NCBI GenBank assembly: GCA_012522615.1
Contig: JAAYKB010000059.1
Span: forward strand, 1-45,913
Reading direction: 5' to 3'
DNA: 45,913 nt
Origin: Clostridiales bacterium
Lineage (GTDB): Bacteria; Bacillota; Clostridia; Oscillospirales; Acutalibacteraceae
The notes beneath the pieces are model-generated. The model worked only from the letters and a program-made list of their open reading frames with translations. It was not told where the DNA came from and did no database searches. Position 1 is the first letter of the stretch, and the number at the start of each line of letters is the position of its first letter. Position numbers and translations under genes: made by a program. Positions 42,549 through 45,913 of this stretch are shown here, piece after piece.

Positions 42549-43077
42549 CTCTACACCTATGTAGACAACGTGTAGATTCATTATATCAACTTCATCTTTT
42601 TGTCAGTGGATTACAAAAAACGAAAACCACCGGCGATGCCGATGGTTCCAAAAAGTTTTAGCTATGCGGAGAAAAAATATCCTCCTTTGATATAATAGGA
42701 GCAGGTTTGCCAACCGCAACTAAAAATCAAAGGAGGAATCAAGTCGTGAAACTTGATACAAACAGTTTAGCACAATTAAGTTGGTCTTGCACATCACAAA
42801 ATGGAATTGTAAGTACCATATAGTGTCTGCACCAAAATATCGCCGATAAATAATATATGGAAAGATTAAGGCGGATAAAGGCTGTGCGAATACAATCAAG
42901 TAGAAATAATAGAGGCAGAGGCATATAAAGATCATATACACATGCTGATATCAATTCCGCCGAAGTACAGTGAATCTCAAATTATGGGCTACCTCAAAGG
43001 AAAAAGTAGCCTGATGATTTTTGAAAAATATGCGAATATGAAATACAAATATGGGACCCGACATTTCTGGTGCAGAG
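42549..43077 (+). mobile_element. IS200/IS605-family element relic (left-end hairpins, leader and decayed tnpA)
   Basis: Nested TCTACA/TGTAGA hairpins lie at 42549-42577 and an AACCACCGGC/GCCGATGGTT hairpin at 42625-42647. An 11-bp stem pairs TCCTCCTTTGA (42680-42690) with the tnpA SD region TCAAAGGAGGA (42727-42737). No right end was recognised. Confidence 0.7.
42746..43077 (+). pseudogene. tnpA: IS200-type Y1 transposase TnpA pseudogene
   Basis: Pieces of TnpA lie in three frames: KLDTNSLAQ, WNCKYHIVSAPKYRR*, IIYGKIKADKGCANTIK*, and VEIIEAEAYKDHIHMLISIPPKYSESQIMGYLKGKSSLMIFEKYANMKYKYGTRHFWCR. There is at least one in-frame stop and two frameshifts, and the C-terminal third of the protein is missing. 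Confidence 0.8.
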
Positions 43078-43300
43078 TGTTTTTTATTATATATGTTTAA
43101 TACTGTATACTGTTTAACGCATATTTAATACACAAAAAGACCGGTGGTTCTATCACTTATTCTAATTCTAAAAAAATACTATAAAACAAAATAAAAAGGC
43201 TATTGTTGCTGTTTTGCTCTAATGATACGATATAGATGAAAATCTTTAAAAAAGGCAGGTGTTTGGTATTGGTATCTTCAGGATATCAATATCCTCACAT

Positions 43301-44263
43301 ATGAACTCTACTGAACTTGTAAAAAAGGTGCTAAAGGGTGAAAAAACGGACCGTACTCCCATTTATGGATGGGTTAGTGCAAATTTGACCGAGCAGATTT
43401 CTGAGCGTTTTGGCTCGGTTGCTAATTTTGAGGATTACTATGAATTTGATTTAGCCCATTTGTTTGGCGGGCCAGGGCATGTCCCGGACTATATGCTGGG
43501 AATGATTAATAACAAAGAGACCATCACTCCCGAAATGGTTTTGGACAGCACATATAATGATCCGAACAATATGTCCGATTATGATGACATTGTAGCACAG
43601 TTAAAGCACCATAAGGCTCGCGACCGTTTTTGTTATCTTCAAACCAACGGAATTTTTGAGTGTCTGAACTATGTGTTTGGAATAGAAAATCATCTGATGT
43701 ATATGGCACTGTATCCGGACGAAATGAAGGAAATTTATAAAAGACAGGCAATGTGGAACAGGCAGTTTGCTTTAAATGCGATTGAAATCGGAGTGGATAT
43801 GATTCACATATCCGATGACTGGGGTGCCCAGAACGCCCTTTTGTTCAGCCCAAAAATGTCTGGAGAAATGATTGTTCCCAACCACAAAATCATAGCCGAC
43901 GGAGTTAAGTCGAAAAACTGCTTTTTGAGCCTTCACTCGGACGGTTGCATTGTCAGTGCACTGGATAGCATCTGCGATATCGGATACGATGTCATCCACC
44001 CGTGGCAGGAGAGCGCCGGCATGTCCTATGAGCTTTACCTCGAAAAACATTCTGATAAATTCGGAATTATGGGCGGCCTTTGCGTACAGACCACACTAGG
44101 ATTCGGCAATTATGAAAAGCTTGAACATGAAATTAAAAGGGTGTTTTCGCTTTTGAAAGGCAAGCGCTGGCTATTCTGCACCACACACTTTGTACAGGAT
44201 CATTGCAGCATAGACGAACTTGTATTTGCCTATGACCTTGTCAGAAAACTGGCGAATGGTTGA
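43301..44263 (+). CDS. Uroporphyrinogen decarboxylase (URO-D) family protein
   Basis: About 320 aa. The N-terminal ELVKKVLKGEKTDRTPIYGW and the HISDDWG strand are typical of URO-D/MtaA-like TIM barrels. I prefer the start at 43301 over 43259. Confidence 0.65.
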   Translation: MNSTELVKKVLKGEKTDRTPIYGWVSANLTEQISERFGSVANFEDYYEFDLAHLFGGPGHVPDYMLGMINNKETITPEMVLDSTYNDPNNMSDYDDIVAQLKHHKARDRFCYLQTNGIFECLNYVFGIENHLMYMALYPDEMKEIYKRQAMWNRQFALNAIEIGVDMIHISDDWGAQNALLFSPKMSGEMIVPNHKIIADGVKSKNCFLSLHSDGCIVSALDSICDIGYDVIHPWQESAGMSYELYLEKHSDKFGIMGGLCVQTTLGFGNYEKLEHEIKRVFSLLKGKRWLFCTTHFVQDHCSIDELVFAYDLVRKLANG

Positions 44264-45549
44264 GTTCACAAATTACTTTATATTCTGTAACTGCTGACAG
44301 TCAAATTTATTTATTTGGAGTTGTGATCGCATTGCCTGATTTATTTACCGATAACGGAACGTGGAAGCAGGATGAGTTTGTCATATCGACTTTCCATGCC
44401 GTACCCGGTGTTCCCAACGGATATATCATGCAGTTATTAAGAAAGGTCAAAGAAGCACATCTGAACTATGTGGAAACTACCTTTTCGTCACAGGCTGCCA
44501 ATCTGCAATTGCTTGAAGCCTGCGATAAGCTCGGATTGAAAGCGATTATTCAGGATTACAATATGTTCGGCGGATTTCAAGATGTACATGTAGCGGCCAC
44601 AACTGATGATGAGATTGCTGCGTCGGTAGATGCCGCTATCGGAACCTATGGAAGATATCAGTCTCTCGCGGGGTATTATATCTGGGATGAACCTCATCAG
44701 AACCAGTTTCCGCTTGTCAGAAAAGCCCTCAACGCTTTTGCCAAAAAAGCTCCCGACAAGCTGCTGTTTGTAGGCGCTCAGCAGTCGGCAAGCCCTGATT
44801 ACAAGTGGGAGGATGGAACCTTTAAAGCATATATTGACGATTATGCCGCTATTGTGAATCCTCCGATTATGATGTCAAACTATTCGTATTTTTACCATGA
44901 AGTTGACAAGGGAATCACGTTGGAGCAGTCAAATATATGGAACGATCTCGGCTATCTGAGAAGGCTCGCTCTTCAAAAGGATATTCCCTTCTGGTATTAT
45001 GTACAGCTTTTGGGCGATCCGGTCAACAATACACTGGACAACATGACCGTGGACAAGGTGCGTTTTGAAGTCAACAACCTTCTTGCATACGGAGTAAAGG
45101 GGATTACCTATTACAATACCCACATGGCTCTTACGGACGATTACGGTGAACCGACCGAAATATATGAAGGTGTTAAAAAAATCAATTCCGATGCGCTGGT
45201 TCTGGGTAATGAGTTATTTACCTTAAAGTCAGAGTTTGTCTATCATACGGGCAGAGTCAATGATTTCTGCGGTGATAAAATGACCGATTCTCAAATCGTA
45301 GAGTCAGCCACTGACGGAATGGTACTGGGCGAATTTTCGTCGGATCAGGGACAAAAGTATTTGTTTGTTACCGCCCGGACATACGACAGGCCTTACAAAG
45401 GGCATATCCAATTCAAAAACAGTTGCCGAATTGATAAGATGAATAAGGATACCGGAATGTACGAGCTGGTCGGTGAGGATATGGACTCAATGGATATTGA
45501 TTGTATTGCCGGCGAGGGAAATCTTTACAGAACTTCCCTAAAAATTTAA
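44260..45549 (+). CDS. Hypothetical protein, possibly a TIM-barrel glycoside-hydrolase-like fold
   Basis: 429-aa ORF whose TTG start overlaps the URO-D stop (TTGA). GYYIWDEPH resembles the NEP acid/base strand of clan GH-A enzymes, but I found no clear nucleophile motif. The start is uncertain. Confidence 0.4.
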   Translation: MSSQITLYSVTADSQIYLFGVVIALPDLFTDNGTWKQDEFVISTFHAVPGVPNGYIMQLLRKVKEAHLNYVETTFSSQAANLQLLEACDKLGLKAIIQDYNMFGGFQDVHVAATTDDEIAASVDAAIGTYGRYQSLAGYYIWDEPHQNQFPLVRKALNAFAKKAPDKLLFVGAQQSASPDYKWEDGTFKAYIDDYAAIVNPPIMMSNYSYFYHEVDKGITLEQSNIWNDLGYLRRLALQKDIPFWYYVQLLGDPVNNTLDNMTVDKVRFEVNNLLAYGVKGITYYNTHMALTDDYGEPTEIYEGVKKINSDALVLGNELFTLKSEFVYHTGRVNDFCGDKMTDSQIVESATDGMVLGEFSSDQGQKYLFVTARTYDRPYKGHIQFKNSCRIDKMNKDTGMYELVGEDMDSMDIDCIAGEGNLYRTSLKI

Positions 45550-45572
45550 CATATAAAAACATATAAAGTAAC

Positions 45573-45881
45573 TTGATTAGTGAAGAAATCTATTTCCTGC
45601 AGATAGGGGAAAATGAAAAATGGAATAATTCGGAGGATATTGATTTCATATGGGTACAAACCAGCATCAATTCCATGGTTCCGGGTCAGGCTATTTATCT
45701 CAAAAAAGTAGTGCTATTTACTGAAAAGGCCACAGCTTCCAATTACAAAGGTGATTACAATTCTCATTCTACCGGACACAGCAACTCTTTTCCACTGACT
45801 ACTGCTAAAGCACTTATGATTACAAGCGTAGCCATATGCTTTGTTCTTCTCAGGAAAGAAAAAGCAACAAACAATGCATAA
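45573..45881 (+). CDS. Hypothetical short protein with a C-terminal anchor-like tail
   Basis: TTG start with no SD and no signal peptide. The C-terminus STGHSNSFPLTTAKALMITSVAICFVLLRKEK has the layout of a Gram-positive sorting signal but lacks a canonical LPxTG. It may be a gene remnant. Confidence 0.25.
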   Translation: MISEEIYFLQIGENEKWNNSEDIDFIWVQTSINSMVPGQAIYLKKVVLFTEKATASNYKGDYNSHSTGHSNSFPLTTAKALMITSVAICFVLLRKEKATNNA

Positions 45882-45913
45882 TCTGCTGCTGGTTGGAAAG
45901 CTTAAAACAGAAA

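Noticed and set aside
42720-42954. Two - strand ORFs of 71-73 aa
   Set aside because: They lie antisense to the IS200 tnpA relic and are AT-rich and hydrophobic by composition. The tnpA homology on the + strand explains the region.
42625-43150. AACCACCGG at 42625-42633 and its reverse complement at 43142-43150, as possible terminal inverted repeats of the IS relic
   Set aside because: The match is only 9 nt, which is within chance expectation, and IS200/IS605 elements do not have terminal inverted repeats.

Overview
This window looks like a chromosomal segment from a spore-forming Firmicute. By gene content it is Clostridia, possibly Oscillospiraceae-like, but the taxon is a guess. About 85% is conserved housekeeping sequence. 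On the + strand: rpoB-rpoC, the str operon (rpsL-rpsG-fusA-tuf) and an orphan family-5 solute-binding lipoprotein. On the - strand: rplU-prp-rpmA behind a near-consensus promoter and leader. A small PadR module and an IclR regulator follow. A long - strand block then keeps the Bacillus-type order: mutS2, recO, yqzL-like, era, dgkA, ybeY, phoH, yqfD, yqfC. Next come ylbJ, an SDR, galM and tRNA-Gly(GCC). The class III heat-shock operon ctsR-mcsA-mcsB-clpC (- strand) has two recognisable CtsR boxes around its promoter. Two stretches look more AT-rich by eye and interrupt this synteny. The first (about 31.45-35.5 kb) holds LacI, an EamA transporter, a Gfo/Idh/MocA oxidoreductase and a sugar-kinase-like gene stub. 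The second runs from tRNA-Arg(CCG) to the window end (about 41.0-45.9 kb). It holds a truncated DUF4314-like gene, an LCMT-type methyltransferase, a decayed IS200/IS605 tnpA relic with its SD-sequestering stem still intact, a URO-D-family gene coupled to an unknown 429-aa protein, and a short ORF with a sorting-signal-like tail. I found no CRISPR array, rRNA, integrase, toxin-antitoxin pair or recognisable defence module. I cannot support a claim of a new multi-gene system. The most checkable oddities are the tRNA-Arg-adjacent mosaic, the URO-D/unknown gene pair, an unlisted 27-codon hydrophobic peptide gene, and unusually long spacers in the rpoB and str operon leaders.
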